NCBI GenBank assembly: GCA_041589935.1
Contig: JBFHUT010000001.1
Span: 1 to 31,931 of the forward strand
Reading direction: 5' to 3'
Length of the DNA stretch: 31,931 nucleotides
DNA from: Minisyncoccia bacterium
Lineage (GTDB): Bacteria > Patescibacteriota > Minisyncoccia > Phycocordibacterales > UBA918
Below the pieces are notes generated by a model. That model was not told the origin of the DNA, made no database searches, and saw only the letters and a program-made list of their open reading frames with translations. Shown here piece after piece: positions 8,379-16,242 of the stretch. The translations under genes and the position numbers were made by a program. Numbering within the stretch: the first letter of the stretch is position 1; each line of letters begins with the position of its first letter.

Positions 8379-9152
8379 CTACACGTTGGCTTGCAGTGCC
8401 ATCTGCTGTTGCAAGAGCTGGATCAAGAGCAGCATCAACTCTTGGAGCTGACGTTGAAGTTCATCTCGGTCAGTTGTCTTTCCGTAATCCTTGTACTTAT
8501 TCTTTAGATCACTTTTATACTCTTTATACTCTTCCTTGTACTCCTTTTTCTTTTCTTTGTAGTCTTCTTTCTTCTCTTTGTATTCGTACTTATCGTGATC
8601 TGCCATTACGTACTCCGCCTTGTCCTCAGCGGCTTCGGCTAGTTCCTCTGCCTTTTTGTAATCACCTTCATCATAAGCTTCTTCAGCTAACGTTAGGTAG
8701 TTACGAGCTTTGTTTAGTCTAGCTTCCAACTCATCTTTCTCATCACCATCCTCCATTCCCTCGAGATAATCATCAGCTTCATTGATGGCTGACTCTGCTT
8801 CATCAATCGCGTCAGCTGCTTCGGATCTGTCATCCTCGTCTTCGTTTTCGTCTTTATCCTCGTCTTCGACTGACTCCACTGCATCTTCAACCTCAGCTAC
8901 AGAAATACCAAGCTCTGCCGCAATGAGAACGTAAACTTCATCAAGGTTAGTAGTTTCGTATTCAAATTCTTTATATTTATCTACACCATCTACTTCGTAC
9001 TCAACTTCAACAACTGTTGACTCTGAGTGCACATCGATCTCGATTTCAAGCTCCTCATAAGCGCTGCCAGCATAGGCAGAAATGGCAGTTCCGAAAACCA
9101 ATGCTATTGCAGCCAGGCTAACGGCGAAATAATTAATAAGGGTTCTTTGCAT
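8379..9152 (-). CDS. Secreted, highly acidic helical/coiled-coil hypothetical protein
   Basis: ATG 9152 gives a classical signal peptide (MQRTLINYFAVSLAAIALVFGTAISAYA). E/D-rich body, YKE-rich tract, C-terminal LQRQLQELMLLLIQLLQQQ. Confidence 0.75.
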   Translation of the reverse strand: MQRTLINYFAVSLAAIALVFGTAISAYAGSAYEELEIEIDVHSESTVVEVEYEVDGVDKYKEFEYETTNLDEVYVLIAAELGISVAEVEDAVESVEDEDKDENEDEDDRSEAADAIDEAESAINEADDYLEGMEDGDEKDELEARLNKARNYLTLAEEAYDEGDYKKAEELAEAAEDKAEYVMADHDKYEYKEKKEDYKEKKKEYKEEYKEYKSDLKNKYKDYGKTTDRDELQRQLQELMLLLIQLLQQQMALQANV

Positions 9153-9239
9153 AATAATTAGAAATTTATGCTTCAATTTGTAAGTGGTTCTTTGCAACAT
9201 ACGTTGTAACCGCATTTTACACATAATTACCTAAGACGT

Positions 9240-9352
9240 AAAAAGACCCGAAGGTCCTCCGTAAAAAATAATTAGGGGTGACCGCCGGGTCTGAGAAAAA
9301 GGGTTTGGGTGCAAGCAATGCCTGCGAAAAAGAACGAATGAAATAAAGAACT
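9240..9352 (-). ncRNA. Candidate ~110-nt small RNA or attenuated leader
   Basis: Minus-strand promoter TTGCTT (9381-9386), 16 nt, TATACT (9359-9364). The putative transcript has no AUG and ends in a long hairpin (9244-9292, containing GACC-UUCG-GGUC) plus U5. Confidence 0.35.
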
Positions 9353-9470
9353 GAATTTAGTATATACCCAACCGCTAGACAAGCAAGGTGGTTATACACA
9401 CTTCTCCAGAGAGACCTTATTTAAAGCCAGATTGGTCAACCTTCTCCGTCTGACTTACAATAGTACTTAT

Positions 9471-10364
9471 ATGAATGCAAAAAATATCGTAATTATTGTC
9501 TTGTTACTCGTTTTAGCTAGCGCCGTTGCTTTCTTATTCATGAAAAGCAGCGATACAATAGTCGAGAATCCGACTACTGAAACAGAGACAAATGTGGAAA
9601 TTTTACCAGTTGAACCTGACGGGGGAATTGGCGACGGAGCTGAGTTCCTACCAGAGGAAACTTTGCAGGAACGAGATAGCAAATCACTTATTGGTACTTC
9701 TGTAGATGGTAGTGAGATTGTCGCTTATCACTTTGGTTCTGGTGATACTGAAATTCTCTTAGTAGGAGGGGTGCATGGTGGCTATTCACCAAACACCAGC
9801 GCTCTCGCTAAGGAGTTTGTAAGTTACTTAGAAAAGAACGAGGTGACAATTCCGGAGGGAGTAATGGTAACGGTTATTCCAAATTTAAATCCTGACGGTC
9901 TTACAAAGAGCGGAGCGGCTGGTCGTTTCAATAGCAACACCGTTGATCTCAACCGAAACTTTGATTGTGAGTGGGCTAAGACTGGAGTATGGAGAAGCCA
10001 GGAAGTGAGTGGTGGTGATGCACCATTTTCAGAACCAGAGGCTGCTTCCTTACGAGACTATGTTAATAAATATAATCCAGAGGCAGCGATTGTGTGGTTT
10101 AGCGCGGAAGGAAAGGTTTACCCTTCAGCTTGTGATGGCGTACCTAGCAAACAATCAGTAGAGCTCGCTGCCACCTTCGCAACCGCTGCTGGTTATGGAG
10201 CAGCCGCTGAGTTTGATGCCTACGCTATTACTGGCGACATGGTGAATTGGATGGCAAAGCAGGACATTTCCGCTATTAGCGTTCTACTCTCTGACCATCA
10301 AAACACCGAGTGGGACAGGAACCTAGCTGGTCTTCAAGCGGTTCTTAAAACTTACGCTGAATAA
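9471..10364 (+). CDS. M14-family carboxypeptidase homolog, probably catalytically inactive, membrane-anchored
   Basis: N-terminal TM. LLVGGVHGGY, PNLNPDG and GRFNSNTVDLNRNF are present, but the Zn-ligand Glu and His and the catalytic Glu positions are substituted. Start moved to ATG 9471. Confidence 0.8.
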   Translation: MNAKNIVIIVLLLVLASAVAFLFMKSSDTIVENPTTETETNVEILPVEPDGGIGDGAEFLPEETLQERDSKSLIGTSVDGSEIVAYHFGSGDTEILLVGGVHGGYSPNTSALAKEFVSYLEKNEVTIPEGVMVTVIPNLNPDGLTKSGAAGRFNSNTVDLNRNFDCEWAKTGVWRSQEVSGGDAPFSEPEAASLRDYVNKYNPEAAIVWFSAEGKVYPSACDGVPSKQSVELAATFATAAGYGAAAEFDAYAITGDMVNWMAKQDISAISVLLSDHQNTEWDRNLAGLQAVLKTYAE

Positions 10365-10366
10365 TA

Positions 10367-11266
10367 ATGAACCAAACTCCTAAAGTAATTCTTGGTGCAC
10401 TATTTCTATTAGTTACGCTTGGTCTTATCTTCATGACCTTTACTGAAGAAGAGCCAGTACTAGAAAGTGCCCCCGTTGAACCAGAACCAGAATTAATCAG
10501 CGCTCCATCAGTACCAACTACCACCCAAAAAACAATTGGTTCTTCTGTGAAAGGTCGATCAATCGAGGCTTACTCTTTTGGTACCGGTGAGACAAACTTA
10601 CTGTTTGTCGGAGGAGTGCATGGCGGTTATGAGTGGAACAGTATCCTACTGGCGTATGAAATGATTGATCACTTTGCTACTGATTCAAGTTCAATTCCTG
10701 AGAACGTAACAGTACATATTATTCCAAACCTCAACCCTGACGGCCTATTTGTGGCCACCCTACTTGAGGGACGCTTCGAGGCAACAGACATCCTCAACAA
10801 CGACATGCATACCAGTGGACTTGGTCGTATGAATGCCAACGATGTAGATCTTAACCGCAACTTCGATTGTAAGTGGGCACCGGAGAGTTCGTGGCGAAGC
10901 AAGACTGTTAGCGCCGGTACCGCTGCCTTCTCAGAACCAGAAGCACAAGCGCTAAAAAACTACGTTGCGGAGATAAGTCCAGCGTCAGTTGTGTTCTGGC
11001 ATAGTAAAGCAAACAACGTCTATGCTTCTGAATGCGAAAATGGAGTACTGCCTGAAACTCTAGCTCTAATGTCTGCTTACGCTGATGCAGCTAGTTACGG
11101 AGCCGTACCGGTCTTTGATGCGTACCCGATCACCGGTGATGCGGAAGGTTGGCTTGCTTCAATCGGCATTCCAGCAGTAACGGTAGAACTTGAAACCCGC
11201 ACCAGTATTGAGTGGGACAGGAACTTAGCAGGCACCACCGCTATCCTTAATATGTACGGCAAGTAG
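10367..11266 (+). CDS. M14-family zinc carboxypeptidase (MpaA/DUF2817-like), membrane-anchored
   Basis: GGVHGGYE, PNLNPDG, GRMNANDVDLNRNF, FSEPE, FWHS, VTVEL. Confidence 0.85.
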   Translation: MNQTPKVILGALFLLVTLGLIFMTFTEEEPVLESAPVEPEPELISAPSVPTTTQKTIGSSVKGRSIEAYSFGTGETNLLFVGGVHGGYEWNSILLAYEMIDHFATDSSSIPENVTVHIIPNLNPDGLFVATLLEGRFEATDILNNDMHTSGLGRMNANDVDLNRNFDCKWAPESSWRSKTVSAGTAAFSEPEAQALKNYVAEISPASVVFWHSKANNVYASECENGVLPETLALMSAYADAASYGAVPVFDAYPITGDAEGWLASIGIPAVTVELETRTSIEWDRNLAGTTAILNMYGK

Positions 11267-11290
11267 TCTTTGCTGGTAACTGAGGTTATG

Positions 11291-11327
11291 AAAAATGCGC
11301 GACTCACCCAAAAGGTCGCGCATTTTT
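11291..11327 (+). terminator. Intrinsic terminator
   Basis: AAAAATGCGCGAC-loop-GTCGCGCATTTTT. Confidence 0.85.
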
Positions 11328-11458
11328 CAACACCCAATCAACACAATACCCCCAACTGTATGCAATAGCTGTGAGCCTTCCTCCCTGTATTAAGGTAACA
11401 AGATATTGGTGATTTTCAGTGATACAATATTTTTACTTACTTAATAACCCTAAGTTTT

Positions 11459-12463
11459 ATGCACCCATTACTTAATAATAAATACGTAAAATTTGGTGGC
11501 ATTGGAGCCATCATCCTTATCGCTCTCTTTATCTTTTTAGTGATTATTAATCTGATGAGTAGCAGCACTGGCCTCTCAATGGATGATAGTTTTAGCGCTG
11601 GAGCCCCCTCTATCAGCATGTACAACCAGGGCATGTCGATGGAAAGAGCCGCTGACTACTACGCGACTTCTGAATCTAGTTACTACCCACAACCAACACC
11701 AGACGGTTACACTTCTGGCTTAGAAGACTACGAAACAAACGAATACCAAATCAGTGCTCGCACGAAAGAATTTGATCAAATGTGTGATGCTCTTACCAAC
11801 CTAAAAACTGATTCGCAAGTTCACTTCAAATACTTAAATACCTCTACAAATAATTGCAACGCTACCTTCTATACTGAAGACACAAAAACCAATTCTGTTT
11901 TAAACACATTAACTGCATTCAATGGAGTCGAAGTCACTCGTAATACCGAATCAGTCACCCGACATAAACAACAACTGGAGAGCCAGACAGACATCATAAA
12001 ACAGCAGCTAGCCCGAATTGAATCTTCTCTCACTGCCGCGGAGACGCAGCTCGACCGGCTCAACCAACTCTTCAACACCAGCGATGATGTGACGAAACTT
12101 TCTCGCGAAGTGACCAACAGCCTGCAATATATTGATCAACTTACCCAGAAGAAAATCAGTTACACAAGCCAGCTTAATAATCTCTACCAGCAAGCGGCAG
12201 ATTTAGCAGAACGTCTTGAGGTAGTTCAATTCACCGTTAATATCAATCGTTCAATAGCCATAAATCCGAATCAAGATTCATACAAGTGGGAACGGGCCTG
12301 GAAAGAACTAAGCGATACTTATACCGAAACTCTCATTGGTCTCTCTGCTTTCTTCGGCATCTTCCTGCTCTGGACACTTCGTTTAGCGATCTACCTCATG
12401 GTATTGATCGCACTCGCTCGAGTAGTTTGGAAGCTAGGAAAATTGATTTGGAATAAGTGGTAA
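11459..12463 (+). CDS. DUF4349-like membrane protein with coiled coil
   Basis: N-terminal TM, S/Y-rich linker, ferredoxin-like alpha/beta segment, long heptad region (LESQTDIIKQQLARIESSL...), C-terminal TM. Confidence 0.65.
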   Translation: MHPLLNNKYVKFGGIGAIILIALFIFLVIINLMSSSTGLSMDDSFSAGAPSISMYNQGMSMERAADYYATSESSYYPQPTPDGYTSGLEDYETNEYQISARTKEFDQMCDALTNLKTDSQVHFKYLNTSTNNCNATFYTEDTKTNSVLNTLTAFNGVEVTRNTESVTRHKQQLESQTDIIKQQLARIESSLTAAETQLDRLNQLFNTSDDVTKLSREVTNSLQYIDQLTQKKISYTSQLNNLYQQAADLAERLEVVQFTVNINRSIAINPNQDSYKWERAWKELSDTYTETLIGLSAFFGIFLLWTLRLAIYLMVLIALARVVWKLGKLIWNKW

Positions 12464-12467
12464 ATAT

Positions 12468-12500
12468 AAAAAGCGCCGGACTAAAGTCCGGCGCTTTTTT
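12468..12500. terminator. Bidirectional intrinsic terminator between convergent genes
   Basis: AAAAAGCGCCGGACT-aa-AGTCCGGCGCTTTTTT. Confidence 0.85.
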
Positions 12501-13455
12501 AATCTGCCACCTGCACATGTTGTCGGTGGAGAGATCCTCTTTTCCACATCACGCTTTCAAGGTAATAATGTGCCATTGAAATTAAAATTGTGATACCAAA
12601 CCCAAGCTCTACGATACTCATCGAGTCGGTCAGTTCACGCGTACCAAAGGCTAGTACATAGGCGAAAAGAGGAGCCAGGAATAACATAGGCAAGGAAGAA
12701 AATTTTAACAGCCGATAAAGCTTGTTTTTAGTCTGCTCATAATTGCGATTATGATCATGGGTTACATAGAAAGCAAAAGCCGAGATGTCATGAACAAAGC
12801 GAAAAGCTAATATCGCAAAAAAGATGTATCCGGCCAGGACAAAAAAGTAATTAGTCAAAAATAGCATTGATACAGCAAATATGTACCAGCGCGCTTTTGG
12901 TAGAGCAGACCAAAGAACACCAATCATGGTTATCAGCATGATTATGATGCCACCAAGCAGTAGCTCATAAAAATAATCATTTACAAACCAACTCGGAAAA
13001 GTGGATGGGCGGAGAAAATAAATATATGCCACCGTGGAAGTAACAAAAGGAGCAAGGGTCCAAAGATGGTGAGTCCAGCCAGGTTTGGCTCCAAGGATTA
13101 GCGCGATCCCTACTTTTTGTTTTACTCCGTGCCACACATCGTTGATTAAGAAAAAAATAACCCCCCAAACAAAGTGATAGTAAAGCAGGGAAGCTGTACC
13201 GACTAAGAGGAGAGGTAACCACAAGAACAAGTGCTGTTTATAGTGAGTGATGTACTCAGAGTCAAAGAAACTAAAAAAACTAGCGATGATATGCGGAAAG
13301 TTGAAGAGGAAAATAAAGGCTGGTAAGAGCAGGGCTTCGATGCCCATATAAGGAAGAAGGTATGAGTCGAAGACAGCATAGTCAGCTAAGGCTATCACTC
13401 CCAAAAAGGGCACGATGAGATACACGAGCAAAAGAAGCTTTCTTGGTATCTTCAT
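12499..13455 (-). CDS. His-rich polytopic membrane protein of unknown function
   Basis: About 9 TM helices with NFPH, WHGVKQ, FVHD, THDH and HYYLE motifs. Start is ATG 13455 (MKIPRK) or 13488, which overlaps the xer stop. Confidence 0.7.
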   Translation of the reverse strand: MKIPRKLLLLVYLIVPFLGVIALADYAVFDSYLLPYMGIEALLLPAFIFLFNFPHIIASFFSFFDSEYITHYKQHLFLWLPLLLVGTASLLYYHFVWGVIFFLINDVWHGVKQKVGIALILGAKPGWTHHLWTLAPFVTSTVAYIYFLRPSTFPSWFVNDYFYELLLGGIIIMLITMIGVLWSALPKARWYIFAVSMLFLTNYFFVLAGYIFFAILAFRFVHDISAFAFYVTHDHNRNYEQTKNKLYRLLKFSSLPMLFLAPLFAYVLAFGTRELTDSMSIVELGFGITILISMAHYYLESVMWKRGSLHRQHVQVAD

Positions 13456-13477
13456 TTCCACTTTCGAAACACTCTGA

Positions 13478-14392
13478 TCACTTACCATGAAACTTTTTGT
13501 GAACCTCCCGCAAATGCTTATCGGTCACATGGGTATACACCTGAGTGGTGCCAATGTTAGCGTGACCCAAGAGAGCTTGCACACTACGAAGGTCAGCACC
13601 ATTAGAAAGAAGGTCCGTCGCAAAACTGTGACGAATGACGTGCGGGGTCACCTTGCGGGTGATGCCAGCTTGTGCGGCATATTTTTTTAGTAGTCGTTGC
13701 ACTGCCCGCGGTGAGAGACGCAAGTCGCCGCCATCGTTCATCTTACGACCATATCGGACGAACATGGCATCGTCCATGTCCTTACGATTTTTTAAATACT
13801 CTTGTAAAGATGATCGTGCATTATCAGAGAGAAAAACCACGCGAACCTTGTCACCTTTACCGCGCACTGAAAACTCATCTCTAGTCATATCAACGTCATC
13901 TATAGAAAGGGAACAAAGTTCAGAAATACGAAGACCAGTTGAAAACAAAAGTTCGAGAATGGCACTATCGCGTTTTCCTTCGATGGTCTTTTTGTCAGGT
14001 GCTGCCATGAGACGCTTCAACTCAGTGGAAGAGATAAGGTCGAGAGATCGCTCTGGTACTTTTGCTAACTCAATTCGCTCAGGCGACAGCGCCTCGACTC
14101 CACGCTTACGCATATACTTGAGAAACGCCCGCAGAGCGATTAGGTAATAATTTTGGGTGCGGCGTTTCATGGGTTCGACACGTCCGCCAACTTTCGTACC
14201 CGGTTGTCGATTAAGATGGAGACGGAACTCACGCACCTGTTCCTCAGTGAGGTCAGATGGTTTTTTTACCTTCGCAAATTCAAAAAACCGCTCGAGATAC
14301 CGATCATAGTTCTCAACTGTCTTCACACTCCTACCCCGCTCGATCTCGAGGTACTCCAAAAACTGACGTTTCAGTTCCACAAGGTTGTTCAT
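13478..14392 (-). CDS. xerC: Tyrosine recombinase, XerC/XerD family
   Basis: Catalytic set TGLRISE (R), GKGDK (K), HVIRH (HxxR), LGH (H), TTQVY (Y), plus an N-terminal SAM-like domain. XerC and XerD cannot be told apart from sequence alone. Confidence 0.9.
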   Translation of the reverse strand: MNNLVELKRQFLEYLEIERGRSVKTVENYDRYLERFFEFAKVKKPSDLTEEQVREFRLHLNRQPGTKVGGRVEPMKRRTQNYYLIALRAFLKYMRKRGVEALSPERIELAKVPERSLDLISSTELKRLMAAPDKKTIEGKRDSAILELLFSTGLRISELCSLSIDDVDMTRDEFSVRGKGDKVRVVFLSDNARSSLQEYLKNRKDMDDAMFVRYGRKMNDGGDLRLSPRAVQRLLKKYAAQAGITRKVTPHVIRHSFATDLLSNGADLRSVQALLGHANIGTTQVYTHVTDKHLREVHKKFHGK

Positions 14393-14500
14393 CAGTTCAA
14401 GTATAGCAAGTTAAGGTAATGTTTTGCGACTAGCAGAAACGGTTTACCTTAAGTGAAAAATGTTGTATGTTCAAATACAGATTAACTCCGGGAGAATAAA

Positions 14501-14806
14501 ATGTATGATTTTTGGATTAAAGTAACTTTTGAATATCCTTTTGATCAACTTGAGTCTTTAGACTTCTACAAAAAATTTTCCTGGGCTACCATACCTCAGC
14601 GACGCGATGTTGTCGGTATACTTGGAGGAATGTTTGAAATTTCAGATGTTTGGCACTATATTGATCGACAACAATACTCTCCTCATGTTCTAGTTGAAGT
14701 CAGATTACCAATCGGTGCCCCTGAGAAAGATTTGGCACCTAGTGAGGGATGGCTGTCACACAAAGAATACATTCAAGAAAACACAATAACCTTTGCAAAA
14801 AACTGA
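14501..14806 (+). CDS. Hypothetical protein (101 aa)
   Basis: SD GGGAG; promoter TTTACC (14443-14448), 17 nt, TATGTT (14466-14471); terminator follows. Confidence 0.6.
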   Translation: MYDFWIKVTFEYPFDQLESLDFYKKFSWATIPQRRDVVGILGGMFEISDVWHYIDRQQYSPHVLVEVRLPIGAPEKDLAPSEGWLSHKEYIQENTITFAKN

Positions 14807-14816
14807 TCTTTGCCTT

Positions 14817-14841
14817 TCCCGCATACTGCGGGATTTGTTTT
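14817..14841 (+). terminator. Intrinsic terminator
   Basis: TCCCGCA-tac-TGCGGGA followed by TTTGTTTT. Confidence 0.7.
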
Positions 14842-14910
14842 ACCAGACTGTGAAACCGGACCCATCGAACACGGGCTTGATTTTTGCTCAAAATATGCTA
14901 TTATTGATAG

Positions 14911-15011
14911 AACCTTCGCAGGTTATTATTCCGCACTAAGTGGTGCCGCCGATGTATGAAATACATATGCGCGGGTATCTACACTGCTAGTCGCGTAAAC
15001 AAATACACACT
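14911..15011 (+). promoter_or_regulatory. Structured rpsO 5' leader (candidate S15 autoregulatory element)
   Basis: Promoter TTGATT (14877-14882), 16 nt, TGC-TATTAT (14899-14904). Hairpins AACCT/AGGTT and ATGTAT-gaa-ATACAT, extended by GTGCCGC/GCGGGTAT. Confidence 0.45.
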
Positions 15012-15278
15012 ATGCTATCAAAGCGAGTAAAGGAAAATGTTTTGAAGAACACTCGTCGTCATGATTCTGACACCGGTTCACCAGAAGCTCAAGTAGCTCT
15101 CTTGACCCGTCAGATCGAGGAATTGTCTTCTCATTTGCGCAAGCACAAGAAAGACTTCCACTCACGACGTGGACTACTTCAGATGGTGGCAGACCGCCGC
15201 AAGCATCTGAAATATCTTCAGAAGAAAGACGAGAAGGCTTACGAAGCTCTTCTTAAGAAACTAGATCTCAAACGATAG
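15012..15278 (+). CDS. rpsO: 30S ribosomal protein S15
   Basis: HDSDTGSPEAQVALLT...HKKDFHSRRGLLQMVADRRKHLKYL. Confidence 0.98.
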   Translation: MLSKRVKENVLKNTRRHDSDTGSPEAQVALLTRQIEELSSHLRKHKKDFHSRRGLLQMVADRRKHLKYLQKKDEKAYEALLKKLDLKR

Positions 15279-15284
15279 GTCTAG

Positions 15285-15321
15285 AAAAACAATCGCTCCG
15301 CTGTGGAGCGATTGTTTGTTT
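15285..15321 (+). terminator. rpsO intrinsic terminator
   Basis: AAACAATCGCTCC-gctgt-GGAGCGATTGTTT then GTTT. Confidence 0.85.
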
Positions 15322-15339
15322 CGCGCTATAGTGTAACCA

Positions 15340-15392
15340 GGCAATGGAGTAAGGTGCCATTGCGTTCGACCCTTACAGAAGGGTACGTTTTT
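15340..15392 (+). promoter_or_regulatory. Candidate switchable RNA leader of the NYN gene
   Basis: TATAGT -10 at 15327-15332. Hairpin GCAATGG/CCATTGC, then ACCCTT/AAGGGT plus U5. Loop GTAAGG is complementary to CCTTAC. Confidence 0.4.
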
Positions 15393-15436
15393 CATAAACT
15401 GAAAACCTTTTTAAAAATTTAAATTTTAATTTTAAT

Positions 15437-16036
15437 ATGGGAGTAATCCGACACCCCGACCAACGCGTCGCGGTAATCATTGATACGCAAAATCTGTATC
15501 ACAGTGCAAAAAATTTATACAAATCTAAAGTTAACTTTGGTGAAGTGGTCAAAGCAGCGGTGCAAAACCGAAAACTTATCCGTGCCACTTCATATGTAGT
15601 TAATACTGAAGGAGGAGAGGAGTCAGCTTTTTTTGACGCTCTCACTAAAGTAGGAATTGAGATTAAAACTAAAGACTTACAGATCTTTTACGGTGGCGCA
15701 AAAAAAGCTGACTGGGATGTGGGTATGGCAGTAGACGCAATTAAACTTGCCCAAAAAATGGATGCGATTATTTTTGCGACTGGTGACGGTGATTTTATTC
15801 CGGCCGTCGAATACATCAAAAGTTTAGGCTGCCAAGTGGAAGCTATTACTTTTGGTCGTTCGTCATCGTCAGGCCTACGCGCTGCCGTCGACGATTTTAT
15901 TGACCTCGATGAGGATCCAAAAAGATTCTTGATTGGCTACAGACCAACTCGCCGCGGTTCTGCTAAGAAGCGTTCTGATGGTAAAAGCAGGGGGGCTGAA
16001 CCAAAGACAGTTGGTTCTGATACTGATCTATTATAG
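15437..16036 (+). CDS. NYN (LabA/DUF88) domain PIN-like nuclease
   Basis: VIIDTQN, KADWDVGMAVD, TGDGDF acidic catalytic motifs, VDDFIDL. Confidence 0.9.
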   Translation: MGVIRHPDQRVAVIIDTQNLYHSAKNLYKSKVNFGEVVKAAVQNRKLIRATSYVVNTEGGEESAFFDALTKVGIEIKTKDLQIFYGGAKKADWDVGMAVDAIKLAQKMDAIIFATGDGDFIPAVEYIKSLGCQVEAITFGRSSSSGLRAAVDDFIDLDEDPKRFLIGYRPTRRGSAKKRSDGKSRGAEPKTVGSDTDLL

Positions 16037-16050
16037 TTGGCGAAAGACGG

Positions 16051-16091
16051 AAAGCCGGTGCGACCCTTTGGGGGCCGCACCGGCTTTTTTT
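16051..16091 (+). terminator. Intrinsic terminator
   Basis: AAAGCCGGTGCG...CGCACCGGCTTT plus a U-tract, with inner CCC-tttg-GGG. Confidence 0.85.
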
Positions 16092-16162
16092 AATCTTACT
16101 TACTTTTAAGAGTGGTGATTTTCTCGCTAGTTTGCTATCTTGATTTCATTACCCATAAAAGC

Positions 16163-16228
16163 AGAGCTGTACACGACGGGATGTTTGCATCAGAAATTTT
16201 GATCAAATATCTAATCGTGTACACCTCT
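16163..16228 (+). promoter_or_regulatory. Long helix in the pnp 5' UTR (candidate RNase III processing/autoregulatory leader)
   Basis: About 28 bp paired by hand (4+9+9+6) with one mismatch, a 2x2 internal loop and a bulge. TGC-TATCTT extended -10 at 16133-16141. Confidence 0.6.
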
Positions 16229-16242
16229 TACATTAAACACAC

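Noticed and set aside
9217-9399. 60-aa minus-strand ORF from the track
   Set aside because: It starts upstream of the predicted promoter, runs through a terminator hairpin, and has no coding-like features.
14448-14475. dif-like site next to the xer gene (GTATGTTCAAA resembles the XerD arm TTATGTTAAAT)
   Set aside because: The left arm lacks the conserved ATAA and inverted symmetry. The sequence is better explained as the -10 (TATGTT) of ORF 14501.
15340-15410. Fluoride riboswitch (starts GGCAATGGAGT...GCC)
   Set aside because: There is no downstream GCUGAUG-ACUCC pseudoknot partner, and the downstream gene is not crcB/eriC. Kept as an unclassified leader instead.
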